Translations under genes and position numbers: made by a program
In this document: positions 40,110 to 51,779 of the stretch, one piece after another
Position numbering within the stretch: the stretch's first letter is position 1
How the letters are laid out: the number at the start of each line of letters is the position of its first letter
Notes under the pieces: generated by a model
Database searches by the model: none
Seen by the model: only the letters and a program-made list of their open reading frames with translations
What the model was told of the DNA's origin: nothing
Origin: Eledone cirrhosa
Taxonomy: Eukaryota
Assembly (NCBI GenBank): GCA_964016885.1
Contig: OZ024742.1
Coordinates: 212,784,001 to 212,848,000, forward strand
Direction of reading: 5' to 3'
Length of the DNA stretch: 64,000 nt

Positions 40110-40620
40110 TTCATTTACAGAATTTAGCAAAATCTGCTTCTTAAAATATTTACATTTATATGATAAGTCGCATATTTCTTATAAAGCTCAAGTGAGACCA
40201 ACAATGGAGTGCTTCTCCCTCATCTGGGACGGTGCTGTTCTTATGCGCACAAATAACCTAAAGTGTATACGAAAGAAAGCCGTGAAGCCGATTAAAAAAC
40301 GATGCATTACCAACATACTGCAACGCCTAGCACATAGATACATTGCCTTTTTTTTTGCCTTTCCTACATGCATTACAGCCGCCTCTGCTCCTCTCAACTG
40401 GCTACTCTCATACGACATTTCACTGAAGCTCACTCGACATATTTGTCTTTTCCCTTCTCACCACTCATAATGGTGTCTTGTTCTCAGACCTCTACACTAA
40501 CTATGGCCGCTCTTTCCTACTCGGAAAATCGACTCCCGGGTATTCTCTTCCTGTCACGTTTTCCTCTACAGATGTCGACATGAAAATGTTCAAATGGGGA
40601 AACAAATGTATCCATATCAC
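40110..40620 (+). mobile_element. decayed LINE 3' fragment (Jockey/CR1/L2 group)
   Basis: YKAQVRPTMECFSLIWDGA..LQRLAHR..CSSQL. Confidence 0.7.
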
Positions 40621-40815
40621 AATTCTTGTTAAAAACATGTGAAGATTATAGTCACACACACACAGACACACACACACAAACATCTTTATCGTCTCGGCCA
40701 TCTTCGCCTTTCTTAACTACTCTAGTATTACAAGCTAACGAAGGAACTCTATGCTGTCATTCGACCTGCTTGAAAATAGTGACCAGATCTCCCTGAAATC
40801 TTATTTCATCTTTTA

Positions 40816-41010
40816 CAGACCTGTCAACTCTCCCCATCTGACGGGGAGATATCCCACCCCCTTTGGGATGGGTGAGAGATGTCTTCTCTTGTGAAAATGG
40901 ATACAGCTTTAATTATGTAAAATCTCCCAATTTTGCCTAATTTCTCCCCGTTTTGGGGCACTGCTTTTCATGGTACTCCCCGTTTGGGTTTTTAGATGTT
41001 GACAGGTCTG
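40816..41010. mobile_element. hAT-like MITE, 195 bp
   Basis: perfect 13-bp TIRs CAGACCTGTCAAC / GTTGACAGGTCTG; CTTTTA on both flanks; interrupts a family-3 repeat. Confidence 0.8.
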
Positions 41011-41948
41011 CTTTTATAAAAATACAAAAACGCTTTATACAACCCCAACAAAAAGGCGGTATGATAACGGTTGATTATAGATTTGTCCTATCCAGGCTTA
41101 TTTTCGGCTAAACAACTGCAAACAACCGCATCAGACCTCGTTTTCTATGGAATAATATGTCTAAATCATCTATTGTAGAAAATTATATTTTTAATGTCAC
41201 CGAGTCATTAAATCGTAAATAATCTCTGGTGATTCTGAAATAATGTGAATATTCAGAAACATCATTCCAATTACCTTCTACATATCGATGGTTCGATTTG
41301 AAATTAATACGGCTATCTAATTAAATACTCATTAATCATACAGTCGTCATGCTGTTTACAGCGGTTAACTGTTAAATCTGAACATGGTGCCTATTTACAG
41401 CTGCTTAGTCTGAGTTATTGATTCAGTTTTGATCTTGAAAAGATCTGAGTCGCCATCCCTACGGATGACACTACAACCTCCCACACACTTTAAATTTTAG
41501 AACTAGATGTCTAAAAATATATTTATTTTTCTTCCTTGGATTTTTGTTGCACTTTAATACATCTATACTATAAAGCACTCTTACGGTGCAGTATCACACA
41601 AAGCACACACACGCACACGCACACACACACACACACACAAACACACACAATTCATTTACTGGTTTCAGTAAATGAACTGCAGCTATGCTGTATCAATGTG
41701 TCAATGCTCAAGATTTCTGTTTATCTCAAATTTATGTCTAGAGTTAGCGAAAAACAGCTAACATTCTAAATATTTGTTAAACATCGCCAACCTTTTCATG
41801 ATGTTTGTAAAGGACCTATGTTTAACATGGGAAAAGAAGGAAAACCGATGCACAAGAACTCTTGTTAACTTTGTGATGCCATGGTGGGACCTGGCATGAG
41901 ACTCAAGAGTCCTGAAAGAACCAGTTACTTTCTGAACCTCCGCACATA

Positions 41949-42010
<62 letters not shown>

Positions 42011-42013
<3 letters not shown>

Positions 42014-43887
42014 TAGACAATTATCAAAGTTACGTTCAAATCATTTAATAGCTGACAATCGTTTCTTCCAAACTCTTGTTTGGAGTCATCGGAGCATTAT
42101 CAATGTTTGTACATGTAATTACCCTCCTATTCAACTGAAAATAATATAGATACATATATATTGATGTTGTGAGCAACAGTTTCGTATTTACAGGGTGGAA
42201 TGGATGTGACATATATTTTACGAGAATTGTACAAAAATTCAAATTCAAATTAAAAGCACAGAGTGGAATACATGCAACGGATAATACAAGAGAATAGTCT
42301 AATAATTAAAGAGGCATTGAGAAAGAAAGAGTACATTAGTAATACATATGCAAGCGTGTAGAAAGTGCACAAGCGTAAGTCATATATATGAGAAGGAAAT
42401 AGACAAAGGCATATATAGATAAATAAATACTGTATGTTAAGCAAATGTGTTAATGTATTACAATCTATGGTGGATGTAGTATGTTGATAGTGTTTGAATT
42501 TGTGTTTGTTGAGAAAAACAAAGTTATTGCAGTCTTGCACCTGAGCACTTTACACAACAACATTATTTTCCATTACATATGTTGAATTATATTTTAGTTA
42601 ATATTTATATTGAATGTTTTAAGTTAGTTAAAGCAATGTATTGTAAATTAGTCTTATTGTATTCTTATTCATGGACTATAGTTGTTCAACAGGTAGCTTT
42701 TCTAACGGTTTAATTTCCGGAAGTGAGTAAGGGGAGCTAATGCGTAAGGGGAGGTAACTAGGTAATTAAATTCAGTTATTTAAATTCTTTGCTCTAATAC
42801 ACATTATAATGTGATAAAAGTGAATCTCTATTACATAATGCTATACATTTATACTTGATTTTAAATACAGTCTATTTTCCTATAATACATTAAAGGTCTC
42901 ATTAGATTGTTATCTATTCATTACTGGACAAGATATATATTATGGAAAAATTGCATAGCTATTTATATGTCCAAATAGATATATCATTTGTGTAATAATA
43001 TACATTATTGTGTTAAAGGTTAATCCCTTATATACAATGCTATTACATTATATATTTAATTATTAATGTATATATACTTCATTATTATTATATTGTGTTA
43101 AAGGTAGATCCATTATATACATGTTATTAATTTAAATATTTAATTATAAATGTATATATAGTTTATTATTACATATTACATTAAATATCTCTACATATTA
43201 AATATCCATTACTGTATATAATATAATTAAGCTATAGTAGTTATATCAAAAGGTGGTAACTTTATGTTTAATTCTAACAGTTATTGTAGAGTATAAGGTT
43301 AGAGATAAATAGAAGTTGTGTAGAGGAAAGAGCTGATCAAAGTGTGTGTAGCCGTGGGGGCTGATAAATCCTAGATGTGAAGTGTTAATGGTGGTGAGCA
43401 ATTCAAATCTGACATTGTTATATACTAACAGCTAGGTTTAAAGTTATGGAACGAGTGACGGTATCGGTGTTGGCACGAGGAAAATATCTCTGACTTTCTA
43501 TTAAGGAGGCCTAGTTTCGAAAAGATTATATTATGGGTCTCTAGAAGGCAGAGATTACACAATTTATTCGGTGGTTTATACGATGAGGCCCTACCTACTA
43601 CTTCCCATTTCAGTGTAAATGGTCTATTCTTAGTTTTCAGAGAGTGTACGTAGCTAGATAAAGAAGTGGAGTTGGCTAGATTGTGTTTTTGAAAGAGTGG
43701 AGGTGCGAGTTGTATCTCGTCTTGAAGCTGTTCGAAGTAGAGCCGATATATGTTTTAGAAGAGTTGTTTTCGCTGACGGGGCATGAGTAGATGATGTCTT
43801 TGGTTAAGCAATTATTACCTAAAAGCAAGTTCTATTAGTTTTACAATTACATTTATTCTGGATGTTTGCTTGCCGGTTACTATGTTG
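42011..43887 (-). mobile_element. Penelope-like element 3' part (GIY-YIG endonuclease, long 3' UTR, hammerhead)
   Basis: KCNCK..NCLTKDIIYSC..YIGSTSNSFKTRYNSH..CNLCLLE..LLNRKSEIFSSCQH at about 43880-43430; (TA)n on both flanks. Confidence 0.88.
42046..42099 (-). ncRNA. minimal type I hammerhead, CCGAUGA core variant
   Basis: TAATGCT-CCGATGA-CTCCAAAC aaga GTTTGGAA-GAAA-CGATTG-TC-AGCTATTA. Confidence 0.8.
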
Positions 43888-43972
<85 letters not shown>

Positions 43973-43984
43973 TAAAAGTCTGTC

Positions 43985-44187
43985 TTAAGCCAGAAGGCTC
44001 ATTTGGCCGGTGTTTATCCCTGTTTCATGGCGTGAAGCGACTGAGAGTACAAGACCTTGCCCTGGACAACTATTTCTGGTACTCAGTTTCAGCTGAGTAT
44101 ACTGGAGCGACGTGAAAGAACACAACATGCAGCTCAGGAATCGAACCCACGATCGGAAGTCGAACACCCGTACCACTAAGCCACGTG
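43985..44187 (-). mobile_element. tRNA-derived SINE (family 4)
   Basis: TGGCTTAGTGG A-box and GGTTCGATTCC B-box on the minus strand, followed by a non-tRNA body. Confidence 0.75.
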
Positions 44188-44211
44188 TAGAAATACCTGC
44201 ATTGGTTGCCG

Positions 44212-44329
<118 letters not shown>

Positions 44330-44477
44330 ATAACCCAGATCCTAGATAAAATTATCCCCCAAATTAGACAAAAGATCCACCTCAATCTTTGGGGAAACAC
44401 TAGAGAGGGGATAGATTGGTTCACCAATATTAATATTACACTTCGATTTCTCCTATACTTTTAAATAAGGCTCTAAT

Positions 44478-44665
44478 AATTGTTTCTACTTTTGGCACAA
44501 GGCCAGCAAATACCCAGTACATTACTGGTACTTTATTTTATCGACCCCGTAAGGAAGAAAGGCAAAGTTAACCTCGGCGGGATTTGAACTCAGACCGTAA
44601 AGGGACGTAACTATCCTGGAAAGCATGGCGTCGGACTCTCTACCGATACTGCCAATACACCGCCC
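44478..44665 (-). mobile_element. family-1 SINE inserted in the PLE
   Basis: full-length copy; CTCTAATAAT on both sides (TSD-like). Confidence 0.9.
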
Positions 44666-46024
44666 TCTAATAATGCTCTAATAAGGCTCTAATAATGGCT
44701 ATGAATAATAGTGACCTCACTAGATCCCAGGTGGATGTTATTCTTGCGGCCCGTAAAACTATCATCAAATTTGAGGATCAATTATGGACCTGTAAGAATA
44801 CAGCAAATAATGTTGACATTACTATGGGATGTAGTGACTCTGCGCAGGTTATAGACTTGGTTGCTTTATACCTTTTAAATGAAATCCATAAAGCTATACC
44901 TTATCTTAAGGGTGGATTGTATCGCGACGATGCATTATTCCTCTTAGATTATAAAAAATATAATATTGAAAGAATTAGGAAACAACTACACAAATTCTTC
45001 AAACGCTTTAACCTAGGTATTACTTTAGATAAAAACACTAAAAATGTTAACTTCCTTGGTGCTACCCCATGCTTAGATTCTAATATATATATATATATAT
45101 CTTATCATAAAACCAACGAAAAACTATTTTATGTTGATACTAATTCTAACCACCCCAGATCTGTATTAAACTCAATTATAAAAGGGGTATCTAATAGAAT
45201 AACATGTCTATCATATAATGAAAGTACATTTAACCAAAATTGCCATTATTACAATGAAGCTTTATCTCGTTCTGGCCATAAAAATAAAATTAAGTTTGTA
45301 CCTAAAAACTCTTCTAATTTTTACCATAAAGAACCCAATATTATTTCACATAGTATGGCTATGAATAAACATAAAAATCGTCAAAATAATGAGGATAATA
45401 ATACTAATATTGAGGGTAACAGTAAATTAAATAGGGAAATGTACCATCCCAATATACATAATAAAATCTTAGGGAAAAGGGTAATTTTGTAAATAAGAGG
45501 AATAAAAATTACACTATACATAGCACTATACAAAACAATGAAGTTAATAACCTCAAGGATATGAGTACTAGTAAGAATAATAAAAAGAATAGAAGAAGGC
45601 TTAGTTCATTTTTTAATTCACCTTTTAACTTAAATGTTTCTACTAATATACCTAGAGCCTTCTTCACAATTATAGAAAAACATTTCCCTCTGAACCATAA
45701 ATACCATAATTTAATTAATAAAAATACCATTAAAATCTCTTATTCTACCACACCTAACATTGCAAACCACATAGCTAGCAGTAATAAAAAGAAAATTAAT
45801 AAATATTTCCAATCATACCAGGTTAATAACTCAGAACTTGTAGATACATCTAACAATTTTATATCCTATAATCTTAGAAATCATCCTCATAATAATTCAA
45901 TAGCTAGGAGTTTTTATACTCTTGCTCTATAATATATTGGATTAACACATACTTATTCTTCTCACCTATAATGTATCCTGCTAATTGTTCAAGTGAATAG
46001 GATTATATTTGTTTTAACCTTTGT

Positions 46025-46074
46025 ATGCTCCGATGATTCCAAACTTATGTCCGGATGAAACGATCGTAAGCTAT
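46025..46074 (+). ncRNA. minimal type I hammerhead, CCGAUGA core variant
   Basis: ATGCT-CCGATGA-TTCC..GGAT-GAAA-CGATCG-TA-AGCTAT; palindromic stem III; stem II partly decayed. Confidence 0.72.
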
Positions 46075-46149
46075 TAAATGTTTAAAAACCATTTGATTGT
46101 AATTTATGTTGTAATTTATGTTGTACATATATATATATATACATATATA

Positions 46150-46494
46150 CAAATTTTTGCCAATAGAGAAAGTGTCGGTTTCTCACATAGAGACTGTCTT
46201 ATTGGAATTTACACAACATCAACTAGGTAGATATGTCTGCATGTCTGCATGCATACATGTGTGTGCAGGTATGGATGTTATTGTATGTGTGCATGTGCAT
46301 CTGCTTTGTATCTGTACAAGTGTATATGCAGTTATTAGATGCAGAATTTTTGGAATGTTTTACATATTTTTACTGTTCCATTAATGAATTGTACTTGTAA
46401 TTTTCTAACTAGTCGCGTTCTTTCTGTTTCTGTGAAGTCCAGCTTCTCAAGATTTGTATTGAGGCAGTTACTAACATATCCCAGTGCCCCAATA
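46150..46494 (-). mobile_element. R4/Dong-like (RLE-type) non-LTR retrotransposon 3' fragment
   Basis: IGALGYVSNCLNTNLEKL..LQVQFINGTVKICKTF resembles the R4/Dong C-terminal IGALG..LQ..GT motif; microsatellite flanks. Confidence 0.65.
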
Positions 46495-46496
46495 TG

Positions 46497-46530
<34 letters not shown>

Positions 46531-46580
46531 TGTATGTATGTATGTATGTATGTATGTATGTATGTATGTATGTATGTATG

Positions 46581-47213
46581 TTTTAGTCCTGCAGGATGTC
46601 CAAAGTCACCCTCCTCACCAAGAAACCTTGGTGGGGTTGCCAGTTTAGTCGCCAACGACCCGACCATGAGACAGGTTGTACTGGAATACATGTTACCAGT
46701 AGCACCAACTGGTCAAAGGTCAAAGGAGCTCTTAAGAGTCAATGGCCATCCAAAATCACCGGGGGAGATGACCCCTTAGCCTTTGTCAAGGCAGAATTCT
46801 AGGAGAAGGAAAACTCTGATATAACACCTGCAACTCTGATGGTATCCAATGATGTTGGCTTGTTCTTCTTTTTGGTAAATATCATCTTGGTTAAGAGAGT
46901 GGGACTGGCTTTGTGCAGTGCCTTTGCTCACTATAAAAGCTTCACGGCACAGGCATTGCTTTATATCTGGAGATCTCTCTGCACTTGTCGTCACATGGTA
47001 CCATGGGCCCAGCACTATGTGTCAATAATTGTCACAAGTGTAGTGTTTGTACCAGAGTTTTCAAGTCGCTGGCTGGACTAAAAAGTCACACTCGTTCAGC
47101 GCATCGGTAGGAGTTCTCCTACATGGATATAAAGTAGTGGCCGTACTCGAAAACGAGTTGGCAGCCACCATGTATGTATGTATGTATGTATGTATGTATG
47201 TATGTATGTATGT
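46581..47213 (+). mobile_element. internally deleted RTE-group element (5' UTR joined to 3' end) with (TGTA)n tail
   Basis: 5'-UTR-like TAGGAGAAGGAAAACTCTGA; C2H2 finger CSVCTRVFKSLAGLKSHTRSAHR* at 47039-47110; (TATG)n on both flanks. Confidence 0.65.
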
Positions 47214-47296
47214 GCCGAAGAGATTGTTTTGGTAAAAACAGGAGAAAGCTCTCAACATTCGTAGTTTGTAGTTACAATGGAGATTCAGTATAATAA

Positions 47297-47410
47297 TAAC
47301 ATTAATAAACATGGTGATGTGACATAAATTGTTTATTTATTATAATTAACCGTTGAAATAATTATAAGGAATAAACGATTTATGTAACATCACCATCTTT
47401 ATTAATGTTA
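47297..47410. repeat. AT-rich inverted repeat with 52-bp arms
   Basis: TAACATTAATAAACATGGTGATGTGACATAAAT.. / ..ATTTATGTAACATCACCATCTTTATTAATGTTA; about 5 mismatches, 10-nt loop. Confidence 0.85.
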
Positions 47411-47497
47411 TATATATATATATATATATATATATACTGTGTGGTATCTATTTCCAAAATGTTATCGTTTCTGTCACTTCACTGTCTTTTCATGCAA

Positions 47498-47716
47498 ATA
47501 ATTGTTTCTACTATAGGCGCAAGACCAGAAATTTGAAGGGGAGAGGAAAGTCGATTAAATCGACCTCAGTGCATTACTGGTGCTTTATTTTATCGACCCC
47601 GTAAGGATGAAAGGCAAAGCTAACCTCGGCGGGATTAGCACTCAAAACGTAAAGGGACATAACTCTGTGCTGCAAAGCATGTTGTCTGACCCTCTACCGA
47701 TAATGCCAATCCACCC
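47498..47716 (-). mobile_element. family-1 SINE, full length
   Basis: complete head, body and tail. Confidence 0.88.
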
Positions 47717-49035
47717 CTCTAAAAGTTCTATATTTTTTTAATAAAAATGGGATGTTATATAGTGACACCCATACTTTTTCCAAGGATATGAATCCTAAGT
47801 ATAGTGAAATGACTATCAGTTGCTTTGCAAACACGTTTATCTCTTGCAGTTTATATCATAAGACAGAGGGGAAAAGCTATATGCTTATGTTTTACTGTTC
47901 TTTTCTAATCATATTTTATAGAAGCAAGTAACATTCAGCTGAACAAATTTCTGATCACCTTTATAGTCATCAGTAACATACTGCTGTGTCGTTATTCTCT
48001 TAATCAACTTTTTATAGCAGCCATTGATACATCACCGGATTCTTAATACGTTCTTAGGCACTATTAACATCGACAAGCAGGTTATTTTTTAAAGCAATTA
48101 TATATGCACTTGTTAAACAGCATTCTTTCTTTAAAAGAAAGATAATTTTTCTTCTAATATACTTGTCTAAAATGAAAAGTAATTAGTTTTAAAAGAATTC
48201 GCAGGTCCTGACAAAATTGAATATATCAAACTTGAAATTAATTTTCTTCAAATTAAAAAGATTAGAATAAAATAAAGGAAAATAGATTGTTTAACCTTGA
48301 TTATATTTTTTATTGAAATCACAGCTAAATTATTCTGAATTGTTTACCATTTTCCAGCAAAGTTACCGTTTAGTGGCATTTCTAGTTTGTAATTTTGACC
48401 AAGTAACGTTAGTTTTATGGCATTTTATTTGTTCATTGTAAGAGAGTTGATTTGAATTATTCACGCAGAATATACATAAATCAAGTTACACGTTTGTGTT
48501 CTGGCACTTGATGCACAGATTAAACTAAATTGAAAGCGATGGGTAATTCTGTTAACCCTATTTAAGAAATCACTAACCATAAGTCTCCTTTATTGAACAA
48601 TAAAGCTCAGATTTGAACTTAAATCACACAACGCGGCTGGCTATTTTTCATTTTCATTTCTCTATATTTTTTACTGTAAGTGGATAAAATCACGTTCTTT
48701 AACATTTCAGTAATGCAAATGTTCAGGCTGGTGGTGAATCGAACAACCAATTTAAATGTTTGAAGTTCATATTCTATCAGCAACTTTGTGTGGTGACCAT
48801 GGTCAGGACCTTTAATTCACAAATACCCCATTCTACCTATTATTAAAAAAAAAAAGATACTGCACAGCATAACCGACTCACTACCTGAAGCAGTGTTATC
48901 ACTCTAAAATTAAGTATTAAGTTCAATTTCCCCATGAGAATTTACTATTGTACCACCCACATCATGTATAAGGACTATTTACAAATAAGACTGTGCTTTT
49001 GTTTTGTAGCATATATTTACGTCCCTTTATCTTCT

Positions 49036-49156
49036 GAATACAAATTCCGCCGAGGTTAACTTTGCCTTTCATTCTTATGGGGTCGATAAAATACAGTACC
49101 AGTAATGCACTAGAGTCGAAAAAATGGTTGGCCATATGCCTAAATCAGAAACCATA
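49036..49156 (+). mobile_element. family-1 SINE, decayed
   Basis: CGCCGAGGTTAACTTTGCCTTTCATTCTTATGGGGTCGATAAAATACAGTACCAG. Confidence 0.8.
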
Positions 49157-49587
49157 AATAAATGTAGGCTCTAGCTGGGATGTTATCACTGAGGTCTAGA
49201 ATGACAGACAACCAATCGAGAGATCAATTGTTCATGTACACAGCATCCTAGTCGAAATACCTAACTTTCAAATGGCGGCGGAAGTTCATCAATTAGCTAA
49301 TGAGCGTAGTGACAGCACTGTAAAACTGACAAGTGTTTTGCTAGCTTGCGGAGTTGAGTTCAATTTCTTCTTGTTAAAGTGGATTGTTAGCTCGAAGATG
49401 TATGATCTCTAAATTGAGATGACATGAAGAAAAAGTCTTTAGTAGTGTGCCTACTATCCAATGGGTTACGGTGTCTATACAATATTGAATAACTAAAAAG
49501 CGTGGGTGTTGTAGAATAATAGTAAATTCACGACAAACTGAATGTGGACGTGTGCACGAGTGTATGGATGCTTGTGTGTGTAACTGT

Positions 49588-51730
49588 GATAACTTTGACA
49601 ACTTTGATAGGTTTTGGCCAGTATTGACCAGGCCATGACTAACTTAATAGCACCACCTGGCGAAGTCTGTCAAATCGGGATTTGGACATCATGGCACACC
49701 CAAGAAGGGAGTTATTGTTTACGGAGACATATCCGGGTGTAGGAGGTTTATAAGGGATTTCTTGAAGGATCTTGTCCAAAGATACTTTAAACTTGATGGG
49801 GTCTGTTTCTGTTTTAATGTGTTTTGGTGTAATGTTAAAGAGAGCGGGGCCAATTGAGGTGAAATAATTGTGCCGTATTGTTGTTATGAGGTGCGAGTGT
49901 GATTTTTGTCGTGGTCGGATAGCACGGGCCCAAGCCTTGGGTGTAGTTTAAAGGTGATGCCAACATCATTTGAGCAATGCTGATGGAATAATTTCCACAT
50001 AATGCAGATAATGTAGCACTCACGGCGGCGATGGGGAGAATAAAGTTTGAGTTTTTCTAGTCGACCCCAATAGTCAAAGCCTGACATGCCATCTATCTTT
50101 TTCGTGATTGACCCTTTGAGGAGCTTCAATTTTCATGATACTTTGTTTCGTGTGGGGAGACCACAGTGGACAAAGTATTCAAGGTGGAGTCGGGCAAAAG
50201 TAGAGAAGAGAAGGATAATAGTGTGGATATCCCTCGACTGGAAATTTCTGAGAATCCAGGAACACATTCTGGGGGCTATGTCAACTTTGCTGTTTATATG
50301 AGTGGCCCAGCTTATGTTGTTGTCCACAATTACTCCCAAGTTGTTGGATGCCACGAGAATTTCACCAGAAGGAAGGGAGTATGGGAGTTTCAGGGTATCC
50401 TCTTTTCCAAAGTCGATTAACTCAAATTTATCCTCGTTCAGCAGCATATTGTTCTTTTCGGCCCATTGGATAACAGCAAGAAGATCGGATTAAAAGCATA
50501 TCCGGTCACCCACGCCATTGATGACCTTCTGGAGCTTGGAATCATCTGCGAAAATGTTTATGCTGCTGTGCTTGATGATGTCAGTAATGTCATTAATATA
50601 GATAATGAAAAGAAGTGGGCCCAACACAGTGCCTTGTGGGACACCACTACTGACTTTGGCTGGGCTTGATTGTACTCCTTCGACTACAACATGTTGGGCT
50701 CTGTTTGAAAGGAAACACTTGGTCCACTGCAGCAACTTTCCAGTGACACCAATGCTGGATAGTTTTCTCAGTTGAATCTTGTGATCAACCCTGTCAAAGG
50801 CTTTGCTGAAATCAAGGTAGATGACAAGGTAGATGACAAGGCAGCTACTACATCAAAGTGATGTAGTAGCTGCGTTAGGCAATCCCTTCGATGACAGAAC
50901 CCATGTTGGCTGGAGTTCAGCAGATTGTTACTTTCGAGAAACTGAGTCGTTCGTGATCTCACCATCCTCTCAAATACCTTAATGATATGAGCGATGAGTG
51001 ATACTGGACGGTAATTCACGACAAGGGATTTGTTTCCCTTTTTGAAAACTGGGACAACAGACTGGGATAGTAAATTTTCTGGTATATATCCAGCATCCAG
51101 AGTGCCATTTTCATCAATTAGAGGGCCAACAGTGGAACCAGTGATTTTGTGTTTTTTCGCAAATGAAAAGAACACTATGGGTTTGAGTTTGATTTTCTCA
51201 ATGGCCCAGGCCTCTTGAGCTGCTCTTTGATTGTTGATGATGGACATCATGCTGTTTTGGAGGTTGTGTTTTTTTCGATTCTAGCCAAATGGATGTGTTG
51301 GTGTTGGCAGGATTTTAGTTTGTTGATTTTTTTTTGTTAATTTAAAATTTTTTCTGGTGAGTGTTCTATTTCTAGGAATTCAGCACATAGATTTGTTTAC
51401 AGATCTTGATGGGATATGTTTTACACATATATTTGTTACAACGTCTACAAATGACTGCCATGATTTTTTTATGTTAGTGGGTGTGTGAGTGTGAGTGAAA
51501 GACCAATCGACATGTACAAGATCATGATTGATCGCTTCCCAGTTTGCATTATGAAGAGCCATGGTGTCAAATGGATGAACCGGAGAGATGTCAATGGGTT
51601 TGCGTTTTGGACGGTGGAATCTCAGATCACAGAGAACCTTGTCATGGTCTGAGAGGAGTTCTTTCCACTGCAATATTGTGGATAGCGTCAGTGTGGTTAC
51701 TGAACATTAGACCCAAGACGTTTTTGTGGA
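49588..51730 (-). mobile_element. 5'-truncated, internally deleted CR1/L2-group LINE
   Basis: NYRPVSL, QHGFC, SGVPQGTVLGPLLFIIYINDI, FADD and LEKLKLYSPHRRRE; short (CAAAGTTRT)n tail. Confidence 0.9.
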
Positions 51731-51779
51731 ACCTATATAATAATTAATTAATTAATTAATTAATATATATATATATAAA

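Larger units (their letters stand above)
44330..46122 (+). mobile_element. Penelope-like element (RT region, endonuclease deleted, 3' pseudo-LTR)
   Basis: ILDKIIPQIR..WFTN, DITMGCSDSAQVIDLV, GGLYRDD, SNHPRSV and KISYSTTPNI; interrupted by a SINE. Confidence 0.88.

Noticed and set aside
41890-41930. TGA-GACTC aa GAGTC-CT-GAAAGAAC, resembling the family alpha hammerhead
   Set aside because: The core and stem I do not fit.
43985-44187. tRNA-like A/B boxes here and at 147, 12600 and 30022
   Set aside because: No complete cloverleaf; they continue into repeat bodies, so they are SINE heads and not tRNA genes.
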